DNA from: Okamejei kenojei
Lineage: Eukaryota
DNA length: 64,000 nucleotides
NCBI GenBank assembly: GCA_035221665.1
Contig: CM069159.1
Location: 35,154,001 to 35,218,000 of the forward strand
Direction of reading: 5' to 3'
This document shows, in pieces, positions 36,406 to 50,317 of this stretch. How positions within the stretch are numbered: the first letter of the stretch is position 1; every line of letters begins with the position of its first letter. A program made the translations under genes and the position numbers. A model generated the notes under the pieces. The model ran no database searches. It was not told the origin of the DNA and saw nothing but the letters and a program-made list of their open reading frames with translations.

Positions 36406-39400
36406 GAGAATAATTCCTCCATCATCAGCCTCTCTGTGTTTCTGAAATCCATCACCCCAGAATTCCCCCTTAACCTTTAGAGATGCCTTTTCTAACCCCT
36501 TGCACCCCTCCAGACATGTAGTGCCCACAATTGAACACAATGGGAACTAACTAGGGATATTTAAAATTCTGATGTAATAAAGCAATGGAAGAAGAGAGGG
36601 AAATCATCACATCTTAGCTTCAGAAAGACAAATAGAGCAGAGGTATTGGAAGATTTCATTTGCTTGAGTAAGGTTAACTCGTTTTCCACAGAATTAGCCA
36701 CTGCTGACCCTTCACCGACGTTGAGAAAAAACCACCATTGATGAGTGAGCCTGTAATCTTGTGGCTTTGGAGGAGAACACACAGCAGATTGTTCTAAGCT
36801 GAAACCGAACACCAGGAGAATTTGCACAAATACTAGGGAATACAATTAAAGCAAAACATTGAGCGAAATGTTCAAAGATAATTGTACTTCAAATTGACTG
36901 CAATTGTTTTTTTCATAATCGTTGTGAAATAAGTTGACCATAGAAACCATTCTTCATTGAGTAAAAATTTATTTTTCAATATTTTGGGTCTGATGACCGA
37001 ATGATTAATCATATCTTGCGTGTGACTCATGCTTTTGCTTTTTCCTTTTCTGTTCTTGCTCAACCCTTCCTGCTTCAACATTTTTTCCATCTTTCTCTGT
37101 GCCATAGCTTTCATTTCTTCTTAAAACCAACCCCAGTCAGTGCCATCTCATCCCTCTACCTTCTGGTTGCTGATCAGAAAATGCAGATTTAATTTAGGGC
37201 CCAAGGAGACGGGTTTATTGTCAGGCTAGTGGAAGTGGGATCAATGTAAACGCATCGGATGTGAGAGAGATCAAGGGCTGAGGTACCTATTGAATTGTTC
37301 GTTCAAAGTGCTACCCCACAGATACAACGCACCAAATCACCTCCATCATTGCTATCTTCACTGATAATATGATTCTTCTTTCCCAACTTTTCTATCCCAA
37401 TCCATCTGTCCCAATCAGCTGTTTTCCATTCTCACCTCATTCATCCTTCCTTCCCAGAAAGATGTGGCACAGAGGGGGGAATAAAATCATCTAATAATCA
37501 TGTAAATCTGGGGAATAGTAATGAGCTAACGTGAATGGGTGGTTGATGGTCCCTGTGGATTCAGTGTGTTGAAGAACCCATTTCCATGCTATATCCCCGA
37601 AACTAACCTGAATTAAACCACTGGACAAATACCATACCGCAGGACAAATCTTTGCACTGACACATATTCTTTGAAATAGTGTACAGGTCATCTCAGGAAC
37701 TTGTCTGTATGGTCTAGAGTCATGTGGAAAACCCTAGCAAAACCCAAACCCAGCATCAGTGGGTAGATTATATACAACAAAGAGACGTTGGAAAGACTTC
37801 AAAGCTTATGTTTTGCAAAGTCAGAGTGTTGTAAGTCCTTTATAACCCACAAAGTACATTTTGAATTAGATTTATTGTTGTAAAAGAGGAAATGAATCAG
37901 ACAATTTGCAGCAAGCTCCCAGAAATATAAATGGAGTAATTATCAATTAACTATTTTTATGATGTTGGTTGGAGAATACATATTGATTAGAACATGAGGA
38001 AAAACTCCTTGCAATGTAGAACAAAAAAGGATAGAAGCAGAGGAAGTGCCCCTGAAGACTTTCTAATATTCAATAAGACTTTGGCTTATCTGCGATTCTC
38101 TTCACATTCCCACTTAATTCGCACGGTGTCCAAAAAACTATTATTCCTTGCCTTGAATCTACTCAATGACCAAGCATCCATGGCCCATTGGAGTACAGCT
38201 TTAACACAATTCACCCCTCTCAGGTTAAACAGGTTTCGTACCACAGACATAAAGGCCAGACTCTACCTTAGACCGAAGCCCAAGGTTCTTCACAATAATG
38301 CCTTGGCATCTATAACCTGTGAAGACCATCTGAGGAAGGGTCTTGACCCGAAGCATCACCCACCCCTTCTCTCCAGAGATGCTACCTGACCCGCTAAGTT
38401 ACTTCAGCATTTTGTGTCCATCTTCGGTGTAAACCAGCATCTGCAGTTCCTTCCGACTCGAGACAAGGAGAACATAGGACTGTGTGGAAGACTGCAAGTA
38501 GTGCAGAAGCAGTGTTCTTGAAATGAAGCATCTGCAATGAGTGGGAGGGAGGGGAAAGTTTCTGTGATCTAACAACAACCACACATTCCGGTGGTTGGGA
38601 CTGAATAGGCAAGAGTGTGTGCAGTAAATGTAGGGAGGAGGGAGGAAGAGTTAGTGGGGGGTGTACATGATCTGAAGAGAAATACTGTAAAGGACTAAGA
38701 CCCTCCTGCACTATCAGCAGTGTGGGAAGTAAGAAAATCGAGAAGATAAACGGCCAATTGTTTCAGAAGGATAGTGTGGTGAATGCTTTCCCACTTTGAT
38801 CTCAATCTTCCGAGATTGGAATTCATGAAAAATGTTCCCCAGACACCAATCCATATACCATGCACTTTTTACATGAGCTTTGTGTAACCATGAATGCAGC
38901 ACTAATCCTGAAGGTGCCACGATTCTGGCTGCTCTTGGTAACAGACAGTTGGTGTCAGCTTTGTATTCCCTTCAATTTTTGCGAGCATTAAAGAATAGGC
39001 TTGGGTGATGGGGGGGGTTGGGGGCAAGGGGGGGGGTTAACTCTCACATTGGATAAACTCTGCTTTCCTTTCTATCTTTCAGTTTATCTCTTCCCCTGTC
39101 GTGCCTGCAGCTGCTGCCACCCTGTGCTCTGAAAATCCCTTCTTAAACTTTCCTGCTTCCCTGCCGGTCCGAGACACTCCTTAAACCCGGCCCCTTTGAT
39201 CAAACTTTTGATTATCTGCCGTATGTAATTCGGTGTAAAATTTTGTCAGATTCGGTTGCTGTGAAGTGCCTTGGTGACTTTTTACACTGTTAAAGTCTCG
39301 TAAAAATGTGTGTTTAAGAAAGAACTGCAGATGCTGGAAAAATCGAAGGTAGACAAAAATGCTGGAGAAACTCAGCGGGTGAGGCAGCATCTATGGAGCG

Positions 39401-39860
39401 AAGGAATAGGTGACATTTCGTGTCGTGACCCTTCTTCAGACTGATGTGTGTTGTTATTTCAAAGCGTACTGGTTTCTCCTGATATGTGGCATCTCACCAT
39501 CATTCCAAGAGAACTGGGCAGTGAGCATCAGCAACCTGTGGCAGAGGACAAAAGATCAATAATATTTCCCGGTTACTCGATAGTGGGCATGAATGGGAGT
39601 TGGGATATTTTTTATTATGCCCTTTGGCTCAGTGATACTGAAATGAATGTCTAAATTCCCAAACTCCTGATAATCTCAGAAATCAAATTTGGCCCAAGGT
39701 GTGGATCAGCACAGAGCATTCATTCATTGTCCATGCCTGAAAATGACCTCTCCTCTCCTGGAGAAGCCATTTTGCTGCCTGTTAGAAAATCTTTTAAAAA
39801 GCAAAAAGAAGTTGAATGGAATTTGTTGCATTATTCCATTATCATTTCCATTATCTTTCA

Positions 39861-39986
39861 AGATAGACACAAAATGCTGGAGTGGCTCAGCGGGACAGGC
39901 AGCAGCTCTGGATAGAAGAAATGGGCGACATTTCGGGTCGAGACCCTTCTTCAGACTGACGTTTCGGGTCGAGCCCCTTCTTCAGA
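39861..39986 (-). mobile_element. PLE tail insertion with two tandem hammerhead cores
   Basis: Cores at 39958-39985 and 39927-39954 (31-nt period); TSD ccattatc(t/a)ttca at 39848-39860 and 39987-39999. Confidence 0.85.
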
Positions 39987-40036
39987 CCATTATCATTCAG
40001 CCCATTTATGGAGGCTGATTTTAATTTCTGTCTGTT

Positions 40037-40340
40037 GAGTTTAGTTTAGATTAGAGATTCTGCATGGAAACAGGCTCTTCAGTCCACCTAGTCACGCTGA
40101 CCATCGATCCCCCATTCTAACCAGCTCTCTGTTATCCCACTTCCCCACACATTAGGGGCAATTTTACAGAGGACAATTGACCTACAAACCTGCACCTCTT
40201 TGGGATGTAGGACGAAACCAGAGCACCCGGAGGAAACCCACCTGGTCACAGGGGGGAAAGTGTAAACGCCACACGAGGTCAGAATCGAACCGAGTCTCTG
40301 TCACTGTGACAGTAGCTTTACCAGCTGCACCACAGTGCCG
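40037..40340 (-). mobile_element. HE1-type V-SINE
   Basis: Homologous to 12826-13124. Confidence 0.8.
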
Positions 40341-41926
40341 TCCACAAATGACATCATGCTGGTTAATGCAGCACTGTAATGAAACGGTCAGTGAATTACC
40401 AGGGCTATGTGTGTTTTGTGTTGGACTTTCATAATACTTATCATTTGCACAGTCAAATGAATTAACATGAAAAATGAAGATGATAGTTTCCCGTTCTTTT
40501 CTTCTGGGATTTTGGAAGATCGTACAGGTCAGGGCGAGACAAAGAAACACAGAATCATTTCTCAATTTGTCCGTGCTGAACATTCTAACTCCTGTGGATT
40601 TTGTAATTGATCATTTAGCAGCAGGAAATTAAAGTTACTCATTGGTATCTGTCTCAGAATGAAGCAAGCGGGTATCAAATGGGAAAACGAGCATTTCCGT
40701 AGCTTTAGAATGTGTCAAAGTATTTAACAGGCAATGAAGCACTTTTGAAGTATGGTCAATAGTGTATCGTAGGAAAGGCAAGATTCCACAATAAGTGGTG
40801 GAATAAAGGAGCAGGTCATCTTGCTTGAGAGGTTAGTGCAAAGTAGAACTCTTGGAGACTGTGGTGTGGCATCCTTTACACCATCAGCATTGTATGAAAA
40901 GTCAAGGCTTAACGCTCCACCTAAATTATGAACTGGGCTTCCCTCCAAATCTCTTCATCAATGTGGTGAAGTGTCAGATAGGATCATATGCTGACCTTTC
41001 TGGCTTAGGCTGGAGTGTTGATGGTGTGAAGAATCTCAACGCAACCTGACCCTTCCATTTGGCCATGGATACTATGCATGATTACTCCATCTAGGGCAAG
41101 GAGGGGGACAGCAAAAAGGTACTGGGACTCATCATTAATTACAGCACTTAAATGTTTTCCTCCTCTCCCAAATGCACTGTTTGTTTTGCAGGTAATGAGA
41201 ACTCCAGGAGAATCACCGCTCTCTCATGAGGGTCTGTGACAGAAGCACGAGTTAGCTCGTGAAGTAGATATGAGCCCTGTTCTCTCTCCTACCAGAAACC
41301 AATGGGTGAAAGTAGGAATGGTCGTCATTTCAAATTTGTAATTTTCCAAATTTATCTTAAGATGAAAAGTTACATTTTAGGAAAAAATAAAGCAAATATA
41401 GATTGCACTATAAAAGTCCTTTATCGCGGTAAACATACCAAAGACCTTAATTGGGGTGTATTTCAGCAAAAGTTTGACCTGTACGCCATATCAGAGGAGA
41501 TTATGATGGACGGGGAAAAGGTTAACCCAGAAGGTAGCTTTTCTTGGGGGCACCTTAAATGAGGTGAAAGATGTTGAGGCAGTTTTCGCAAAGTGCTGGG
41601 CGAGGCTTGATGGATTGAAAGGGCTCCAGCTTAGTAGTGAGGGTCTGCCATGTGCACAGGTTGTCATGGAGACGTGCGTCAAGAATGGCGCCATCGGACT
41701 CTATGTCTATGAGGAGACTTTGCAGAGTTAACCCGCCAAGCTCTTAGAAATTGTTGCACTAAATTGGACAACAAGGAGCTGACACGGTTTTAGAATTGGC
41801 AAATGTGCATGGATCAACTACAACCTTTTATTGGGTATTGCTTCCAAATGCAAGATATAGGTGAATTACCTTTCTTTGGACCGACATCCACAGGCCTCAG
41901 TGGTCATGAATGAAGGGCAGATTCTC

Positions 41927-42600
41927 TTATTTCTTTTTTTCTTTTTTCTTTTTATTTATTAGAAGCAAATGTACAAAAATAGAACCAACGGCATATAAAA
42001 TTATACAGTTATTGTACAGCTTCAATTTTAACTTTTTAGCTTTGAATTTGGGGAAAAGAAAGGAGAAAAAGCAAGAAAGAGAAAAAGTGAGATGTGCAAA
42101 GATAGAACCCCTAGACTACCAAAGTAGTGTAGCCAAAGAGTGAATAAAAGAAAGAAAGAAGAGAGGTATAGAAAAAAAAGAAAAGGACAACAAGTGAAAG
42201 AGAAAAAAGTGATGATATACCTGCCTCTCATCCCTCCCCACCCACCTCACCCAACCCATAATTAGATTTAGATCCCAAAGTTGTGTTGCGCCATACTATC
42301 CTTGTAATAAATCAGTGAAGGGTGTCCGTGTCTTGGATAAATTATCTGGGTTTTCTGCCAAGACAAGTCTAATATTTTCAAGATGTAGTGTCTCGGACAT
42401 GTTTGTAATCCACATCTTAAGAGTAGGGACTGATGTATGTTTCCAAAATTTAAGTATTCGTTTTTTCGCCATTATCAGGCCATAATTAAGGAGCCGTCTT
42501 TGGAATAGTGATAGCTCAGAACAGGCTTCTGAAGTATCGAGGGTGATCAGTTCCATGTTTTATTTGTAGTGTTTTTGAAAAAATTTCAAAAATTGATCCT
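41927..42600 (-). mobile_element. L1 LINE 3' end (ORF2 C-terminus, 3' UTR, poly-A)
   Basis: ORF 42296..42556(-) LIMAKKRILKFWK..PTLKMW..LHLENIR..PF is typical of fish L1 ORF2 ends; AATAAA and A-rich tail at ~41927-41960 on -. Confidence 0.8.
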
Positions 42601-43379
42601 TGTCCAATTTACAATGTCTGGTGGTGTGGTTGGGCCGAAGGGCCTGTTTCCACACTGTAGGGCTCTATGGCTCAGCTGAGGGGTCTGAGATGAGGTACTA
42701 GATCTCAAACTAGGGCATATTACAATCATTTCTGGATGACTATCTTTCTGGTTGTCTTTTGAACACAGCCCAGCAACCTAGCAACGGGCACAACGAGATC
42801 CAGTCTGGTTCTGCTCCTTCACTGCTCACACAGATACTTGAGATGGAGGAACATCATTGGAAATCTCATTCTCTGCACCCCATAATTCGATCTGTAGCTC
42901 TTCATTTCCAGAAACACTAAGTCATAAACCAATATAGCACATTAGGGAGGTTCTGGAGTGCCTTTTCAGTGCATTAAACCAGACCAGATGGATTCTGGGA
43001 GGGCATTAATCCAGCTTTTGGGTTGTGCAACTGCTTTTAATCATAGCTTCATGAGTACAGTTTGCGGTATTGTTCAATCTTTTTGATCAAGTCCCAATTC
43101 CGGAGGCCGTGAAGATCAGAGATATTCGATGCCATCTCCACACCTCACCATAGCTCTCCGCCGATCCATTAATGAAACCATCATTGCGTCATTGTGGCTT
43201 AGTGGCTCATACTTCCTCTTCAAGTTGAGAAGGTTCGGGGTTCAAGTCACACTATAGAAACTTCAGCACATAGGAAAGGTTAACATTCCCAGTGAAGTGC
43301 ATTAACCTTCATTTCATTCTTTAAAATGCCTGAAGAAGGATCCACGTTAGATGTTTAGGGCCTAAACTAACAATTAAGC

Positions 43380-44665
43380 AAGTCACACATGGAATATAAA
43401 ACTGTACACATTGGATCTATGTGTCTCCCATTTGGTCTATGATATCTGTGCCAAACACTATGCCTAATTAAACTAATACCTTCTGCCTGCTCGTGATCTA
43501 TACCCCTTCATTCCCTGCATATTCAAGTGCTGGCCCCTTAAAACACCACTATCGTATCTGCTTCCACCCCCACCCTTGGCAAAGTGTTCCAAGCATCACC
43601 ATCCACCAAACAAAACATTTGCCCCCGCACATCTGTAAATGTCCCCCCCCCCCCCCCCCTGACTTTAAAACGATGCCCTCGAGCCTTTGACATTTTCACC
43701 CTGGGGAAAGGACTCTGAATGTCTATGTCTCTCTTACTTTTATTATTCTTCTATCAGGTCTCCCCTCATCCTCCAATGCTCCAGAGAAAACAGTCCAAAT
43801 TTGTCCAACCTCGATATATAGTTAATACCCTCTAATCCCGGTAAATAACAACTGCACCCTCTCCAATACCTCCACATCCTTTCTGTAACGGGATGACCAG
43901 AATTGCATACAATGCTCCATAGGTTTTATGAAAATCTAATGTGACTTCCTAACACTTCTAATCAATGTCCTGAATGATGAAACCAAGTATACATATGTTT
44001 AAGAAAGACCCGCAGATGCTGGAAAAATCGAAGGTAGACAAAAAATGCTGGAGAAACTCAGCGGGTGAGGCAGCATCTATGGAGCGAAGGAAATAGGTGA
44101 CGTTTCGTGTCGAGACCCTGAAGGAATAGGTGACGTCACCTATTCCTTCGCTCCACAGTTGCTGCCTCACCCGCTGAGTTTCTCCAGCATTTTTTGTCTA
44201 CCTTCCAACTACACATATCCCTTCTTTACCATTCTACCTACTTGTGTTGCTACATTTGGGGAGCTATAAGCTTGGACTCCAAGATCCCTTTGAAGGTCAA
44301 AGCTATTGAGGCTCGTTATTAACTGTCTACTTTCCCCCGGCAGTTCACCTCCCAAATTGCAATACCTCACACTTGCTCCGATTAAACTCCACCTGCCGTT
44401 CCTCCATCCACATCAGTCACTGACCTATATGTACAAACTTACTAACCGGCCATTTACATTTTTGTCTAAGTCATTTATAAATAAATCACAAACAACAGAT
44501 ATCCCAGTACTGATCTTGGCAGAACACCACTGGTCACAAACCTCCAACCAGAGTAACACCCTTTCACCACAATCCTCTGTCTTCAATGTGCTAGCCAATT
44601 GTGATACTAAACTGCCAGCTCAATGTGTTTCCCGAACATCTTAGTCTTCTGGATCAGCCTCCCAT
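43380..44665 (-). mobile_element. CR1 fragment interrupted by a PLE insertion
   Basis: Antisense CR1 motifs (tctcccctcatcctccaatgctccagagaaaacag; gaccagaattgcatacaatgctcca; ccagtactgatcttggcagaacaccact). Confidence 0.75.
43996..44205. mobile_element. Inverted PLE-tail pair nested in CR1
   Basis: Internal palindrome gaaggaataggtgacgtcacctattccttc; TSD ccaa(g/c)ta(t/c)acatat at 43983-43995 and 44206-44218. Confidence 0.85.
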
Positions 44666-45080
44666 GTCACAATGGATACTAAAATGAAACAATTTTATAC
44701 TGGGTCACAGTCATAATTCCTATCCTTTTTTAATAATCGTACAGTTTATGTCTACGTAACACTTTTGACAAATGTCAGATCCCGTCAAGGTAATCTTCAG
44801 TCTATTAAGTACTTAGATGTACACTCACTGATACAAATGCATGGCCAAAACCCATGGTTAACAAAATGACAATGATGGGATAACTTATTGTCTTGAGGGA
44901 ACAATATCTGTCCCAGGAATACCAAGCAGAATCTATCACTCCCTCTGTCCTGTCTTCAAGATGGTCCTATGTGGTTTTTCCATACACCTATCGAGTAGAG
45001 GGGAGGGGAGTTAAATTGCAGTGGGTATAAATGTGGCCATAATCTAGCTCCATTTGTTACTGTGCTGAACATTTAAATGT

Positions 45081-45217
45081 GTCTGAACAAGGGTCTGGAT
45101 CTCAACCCGAATCGTTCACCCATACCTTCTCTCTCGAGATGCTGCCTGTCCCGCTGAGCTACTCCAGCTTTTTGTGTCCATCTTCAGTTTGAACCAGCAT
45201 CTGCAGTTCCTTCCTAC
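45081..45217 (+). mobile_element. PLE tail insertion
   Basis: Starts at a degenerate core ctgaacaagggt..; TSD acatttaaatgt at 45069-45080 and 45218-45229. Confidence 0.8.
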
Positions 45218-46593
45218 ACATTTAAATGTATGTGACTGAAGATGGATTTTTACCCCAGGAATCCCAACAAAACAGTATTCCCTCAATATATCATCCCACA
45301 TGGAGCTCTTTTGTACTCACAGAAATCAATAGTTGCAGAATGAAAGCCAGACCTACCTATTCATCAATGTTACGTTTATTCCAGCACCTTCCATTAGTTG
45401 ATGATTCCTATTGACCTATGGTTTTATGCATTGGAGCCTACTGCCAACATGAGATGTAGTTATCAAAGGCAAGCTCCAATATTTATTGCTCTTCCTTGCT
45501 TAGCAATGGGAAGGTTGTGGTTCTTATTCATAAGCTACTGTGGCCCTTGAGGTGAAAGTCATCTCACTGCTGGCAGGTAGGTAGTCTCAGAATTGTGACC
45601 CAATGATGTTAGGCATATCTATCTAGGTCTGGATGGTAAGTGACTCGGAGGGGAAAGTAGAGTTTGTGCAGTTCCCATACCTCTGCTGACCTCAGTCATC
45701 TAGTTGCAGTAGCCAGCTCCCACGGGCAGAAAAATAACAATGATTGTTTTGAGGAACGAATATTTGTGCTGGGGATACCAAGAAGAATCCATCCCCTCTA
45801 CTGTCCTGTCTCCAAAGTGGTTCCATGGGGCTGTTGCATACCAATGAGCTTGTATCATTTGCTATTTGAAGAAGAAAGTTCCAATTCTCTGCCCCCCCCC
45901 CCCCGTATATTGAAGTATTTTCAAATATCACTACTGTAAAGTGTGGTTCTAATTTTTTTTTTAACCTCCTTGGTCCCAGCCACAGTAGCTAGTGGAGATA
46001 GTTTATTTCCATCTACCCCACCTTTTGTCATTAAGATATTGAACATTTGAATCAAATGATGCCTTGGTTTACTGAATTCAAGGGAAAACAATTTAGCTTC
46101 TGTAATTTCTGCTTGTAATTTAGCCCATGGATTCTGGGTTTCCTGTTACCCTGGGTAACATCTTCAAGGACTTTGTGCCCTTCTTAAGGTGTAGTGCCCA
46201 ATCTTCATATAACTGTAGCATGATGTCTACCCACATGCACTTCAGTCAGCGAGATGGAATAATTCAGTCTTCCTCAACATGTTCTGCTGTTACAGGTGAT
46301 TCTTGTAAGAGACCCTCTGGTTTCTTTGAGCCTCCATGGGTTCTAACTTTCCAACATTGTCTTATTCCAAATGGAAATGCAAGCTATTTGCTTTGGTTTT
46401 GTCACTACACAAGCAATTAATATTTATTTTGTCCTTAAATTATTGCATTGAGAAGTTGTCCCAAAGCTGATCTTTGCAAGTGGCCACAACCACGGCCTGT
46501 TCTCTTCCTACGGCCGCTTAACACACCAATTCACTAATACTCTTGCATTTCCGGGATCTTTTTTAAACTGACAGACTGTTATTACCAAATGCT

Positions 46594-46751
46594 GGTAGCC
46601 AAAAGTGCTGGAGAAACTCAGCGGGTGCAGCAGTATCCATGGAACGAAGGAAATAGGCAACAGGCAAAGGGTTTCAGCCCGAAACGTTACCTATTTCCTT
46701 CGCTCCATAGATGCTGCTGCACCCGCTGAGTTTCTCCAGCACTTTTGTCTA
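46594..46751. mobile_element. Palindromic PLE-tail insertion
   Basis: Same architecture as 23651-23836, turning at gtttcagcccgaaac; flanking caaatgct repeats. Confidence 0.85.
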
Positions 46752-46819
46752 TTGTCAAATGCTTTCTGGCGATCCATATTAAGTGCATCCATTGACATAT
46801 TGTTTATCCTGTATTTTAG

Positions 46820-47130
46820 GTTCTCACGCACACACAAGCAAACACTGAATCACACACACTCAGCTCACACCTATGTCAGAATTATTCTCACAATCAGCTT
46901 GCTCTCACTCATCCCAGACTGCCACACACACACTACTCACACTCACCACCTCGTGATCACTCGCACACTCAGCTCACCCATGCTGGGCTCACTCTGACAT
47001 TAGTCACACTTACTTTTACATTGAGATTACACTGAGACAAGCACACTGTCACACTGACCTCACACTCACACTGGGATCACTCTCACTCTCACTATGATTC
47101 CCAATCAGGCTCGCACTCACACCAACATAT
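46820..47130. repeat. Degenerate (CACT/CACA)-rich low-complexity repeat
   Basis: Repeated actcacac units. Confidence 0.7.
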
Positions 47131-47859
47131 AATTGCAAGTTCTGCTGCTGTTTTTTCCCTTTTTTATTCGAAGGGACACTAATGGGAGAGTGACTTTGGT
47201 TTTGGAGAAAGAGGAGTTGCCACCGATGATAGTGCAAGGACATGGCGACAGATTACAACTGTGTTTGAGAAGAAACATTGTTGATGCAGCAAATAACTCT
47301 TTAAATGCAACAATGCTGCTCCCTTTGAAAAGATAATTAGAGAAGAGGATATAAATTTACTCAATTTAAACTATGTTGGGAAAACAAAATGTGAATGAAT
47401 GAAAGGTTCAATGGCACTGCTAACAGCACTGACCATCTGTTAAAACATGCAAGAAGATGTGGAAATATGACTGTGTTGATTGATTTCCTTGTACATCTCT
47501 AATCAGGAGATTTATATTTTGAATCAGAAACTTTACGCTCACAAGAGAATCCGATCTTAAGCAGGAGTTGGTATTGGTTCCCCAATCAGAGAATCAACTG
47601 GAAGTACTAATGCAGCTTTAAAAATCCATTTAACGAGCGGGGAGGAAAGTTCAGAGGTCACTTTGTCGCCGTAGGTGATCAGCGTTTGCACTCAGCACCC
47701 TGCTTCCTCTGGCTTGCAAAGGGCTGTAGCCAGAAAAGTGGGTGGAGAGTTAACTAAGGTTAGGGAACAGTGCATAGCCGAGTGCCGTCTAATGCTTAGT
47801 CTCGTGGTTTATTTGCCAGGGTACATACTGACAAATATGAAGTCATGTGAAGCAGGCTG

Positions 47860-48500
47860 ACAAGTGAAAAGGGAAATATATAAAGTCATGTAGAAAGAGA
47901 GAGCACAGACATCTCGTTGCTGCCTGGCCAGGTATTATCTTTCATTTTAAATCAGCATTTAGCAGCTCGCCATCTCTTGTTCTCCCTCTCTCTCTCTCTT
48001 TTAATAGAGAATTTATCCTTGGCAGAGAGCCAGGCTGTGAATGTCAGATGCATGATGGTACTGGTCTTTGAGGCCCTGGTCTGATGGCTAAGTGCCACAA
48101 TCAATTGCTAGTGAAATGAGTTGGCTGCCTGCCAATCTCAGGTTGCTATGCAGCCAGCTTGTCTTGCGCTCTTTGCTGTTAAATCACAGAAGGCAAGAGT
48201 TTGGTTCCAGACAACTTTTTTTTTCTCTCTTTTCAAAAAAAATTTTTTTTAACCCATTTCAGGCAGTTTTGCACGGAGAGATCAGAATACCGGATCTGAG
48301 GCCAGAATCACGGAATGGATGCTCAGAATTAGATGCGTGTGCTTGCATTGTGTGTACCAAAACTAGAAATAAGCGATTTTTGTATAATATGAAGATTAAT
48401 CTAACATGCAAATCTAAATGTGGTGCGGGAGACACAGTTGGGGGCCAGGGTGACCACAAATTGTTGCAAGGCCAATATTTTATTCTTGATCTTTGAACGT
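47860..48500. promoter_or_regulatory. Candidate enhancer/promoter element with paired NFI sites
   Basis: TTGGC-N5-GCCAA exact at 48121-48135; TTGGC-N5-GCCAG at 48019-48033; TATATAAA at 47877-47884; TE-free. Confidence 0.45.
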
Positions 48501-49200
48501 ACTCTGTTTACTGAAGAAGGAGTGGGTTGAGGACGAGGAAGGACATTATTTTCCTGTATTATTTGACTCTGAATGTTCCAATGTTTTCAAGGCTGGAAAT
48601 GTCTCTGGCACTAGCATTAGCACAACCGTAATACTCAATTCACCCCTTCACTAATAATGTGGACAAAGTTTAATTGGATATCTGAACATGTTAATGCCTT
48701 CTGCTAATCACGCTGTTGGAAGCACCACGGGGACGTGGATGGCGGCAAAGATTGCACGGAAAATGTAAACAAAATCACGGCATCTACAAAAATTGAAAGC
48801 GCTAGTTTTTGCGTCTTCTCTTGAAGACAAAAAAACCCAATTGAAGCTTGCTTATCCCGCACGGCCTGGGGTTTTGCTTGGCTGATGTTGCCTTCACATA
48901 TGTCGCTGCCGTCCGACCACTGACCAGACCGTAAGGGTGTGAACAATTCATTGTTCCTGCCTGTTAAAAATGTTCACCACTCTCACAAGAGAGCCAGTGG
49001 TTCTTCCGACGTTTCATCCGCCTGGCACCAGACCTGGGCGTTGGAAGACTAGGTGAGCGAGCGCAGGTGATAAGTCAGGCAGATACAGTATGTGGAGAAG
49101 AGGGGAGATGGAGAAGGGCGGTGCAAACTCACACTGTACTCCATTTGAATCCTCCCTTTGCCTAAACAGCCCTTTATTTTTGATTTAGCTTCCTGTACAC

Positions 49201-49247
49201 TGTGTGTGTGTGTGTGTGTGTGTGCCTGCCTGCCTGCCTGCCTGCCT
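49201..49247. repeat. Compound (TG)n(TGCC)n microsatellite
   Basis: Direct inspection. Confidence 0.95.
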
Positions 49248-49855
49248 GTGCAAAGCTGCAAATTAGGTTTTCAGTTTGAAAAATGATCCCGAGCTGCTTC
49301 CTTCCCAGTCAGCACATTTGAAGGTGGAGATTAATGTCCATGATTGGTGTAATGCTGCTGCAGTAATCCGTGAGCAGAATGCAAGATGGGAGATGGGGGA
49401 AAGGCCAAGATTCACGCCTATGCTCAGGAGTTTACACAAGTCTCCATAGTAACATGCCTGGTTATTTTGTACGTATTTGTTCTGTGTGAGGGCATTTTAG
49501 GAGTATATATTCATTTACCCAGAATATTTTATGTCTAATTATATGCTGTATCTTTCTTTATCTATTGAAAAATATCCCCCAGTATTTTTTTTAAATGATT
49601 GAAGCCGTCTCTGATGCACGCCGCGTGTAATTTTTTGTTTTCTCTTGCCCTTCCTTTCATTGTCTCTCATATTATCATCTTTTCTCTCTACTTCTTGCTA
49701 TTGCACCCTCTTTCCTCATCATTTATCTCTTCATTGCTTCTACCCTCTCCTTTCTTCTTCACATTCTCTCTCTCTCTCTCCCTATCTTCCCCTTGCGGTC
49801 CTGCTCTCTCCCCTTTTCTTCTCTCTAACAACCTCTCCATTTTCTCTCGGTTGCT

Positions 49856-49988
49856 NNNNNNNNNNNNNNNNNNNNNNNNNNNNNNNNNNNNNNNNNNNNN
49901 NNNNNNNNNNNNNNNNNNNNNNNNNNNNNNNNNNNNNNNNNNNNNNNNNNNNNNNNNNNNNNNNNNNNNNNNNNNNNNNNNNNNNNNN
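49856..49988. other. Assembly gap (N run)
   Basis: Run of n. Confidence 1.
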
Positions 49989-50035
49989 TCTCTCCGTCTC
50001 GATCTCTGCCTTTATCATGTCACCATGGTCCCTCA

Positions 50036-50039
<4 letters not shown>

Positions 50040-50103
<64 letters not shown>
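50040..50103. repeat. (CT)n microsatellite within a long pyrimidine tract (~49650-50105)
   Basis: Direct inspection. Confidence 0.95.
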
Positions 50104-50109
<6 letters not shown>

Positions 50110-50286
50110 CGTATGTTCCACACCGTTCCCCGTCGATCTCAAGCCGTTTCTGGCTACAGTTCGCAAACCCCTTCTGTGCTGGCTCTTTATCCGCCCCCAC
50201 CCTGCACCCCCCACAAGCCCCTTTTTTCCCCTCAGTTGGTACCGAAAAGATTGTGCAAAGAAGCATCAGTCTTGCACTGTGCCACA

Positions 50287-50317
<31 letters not shown>

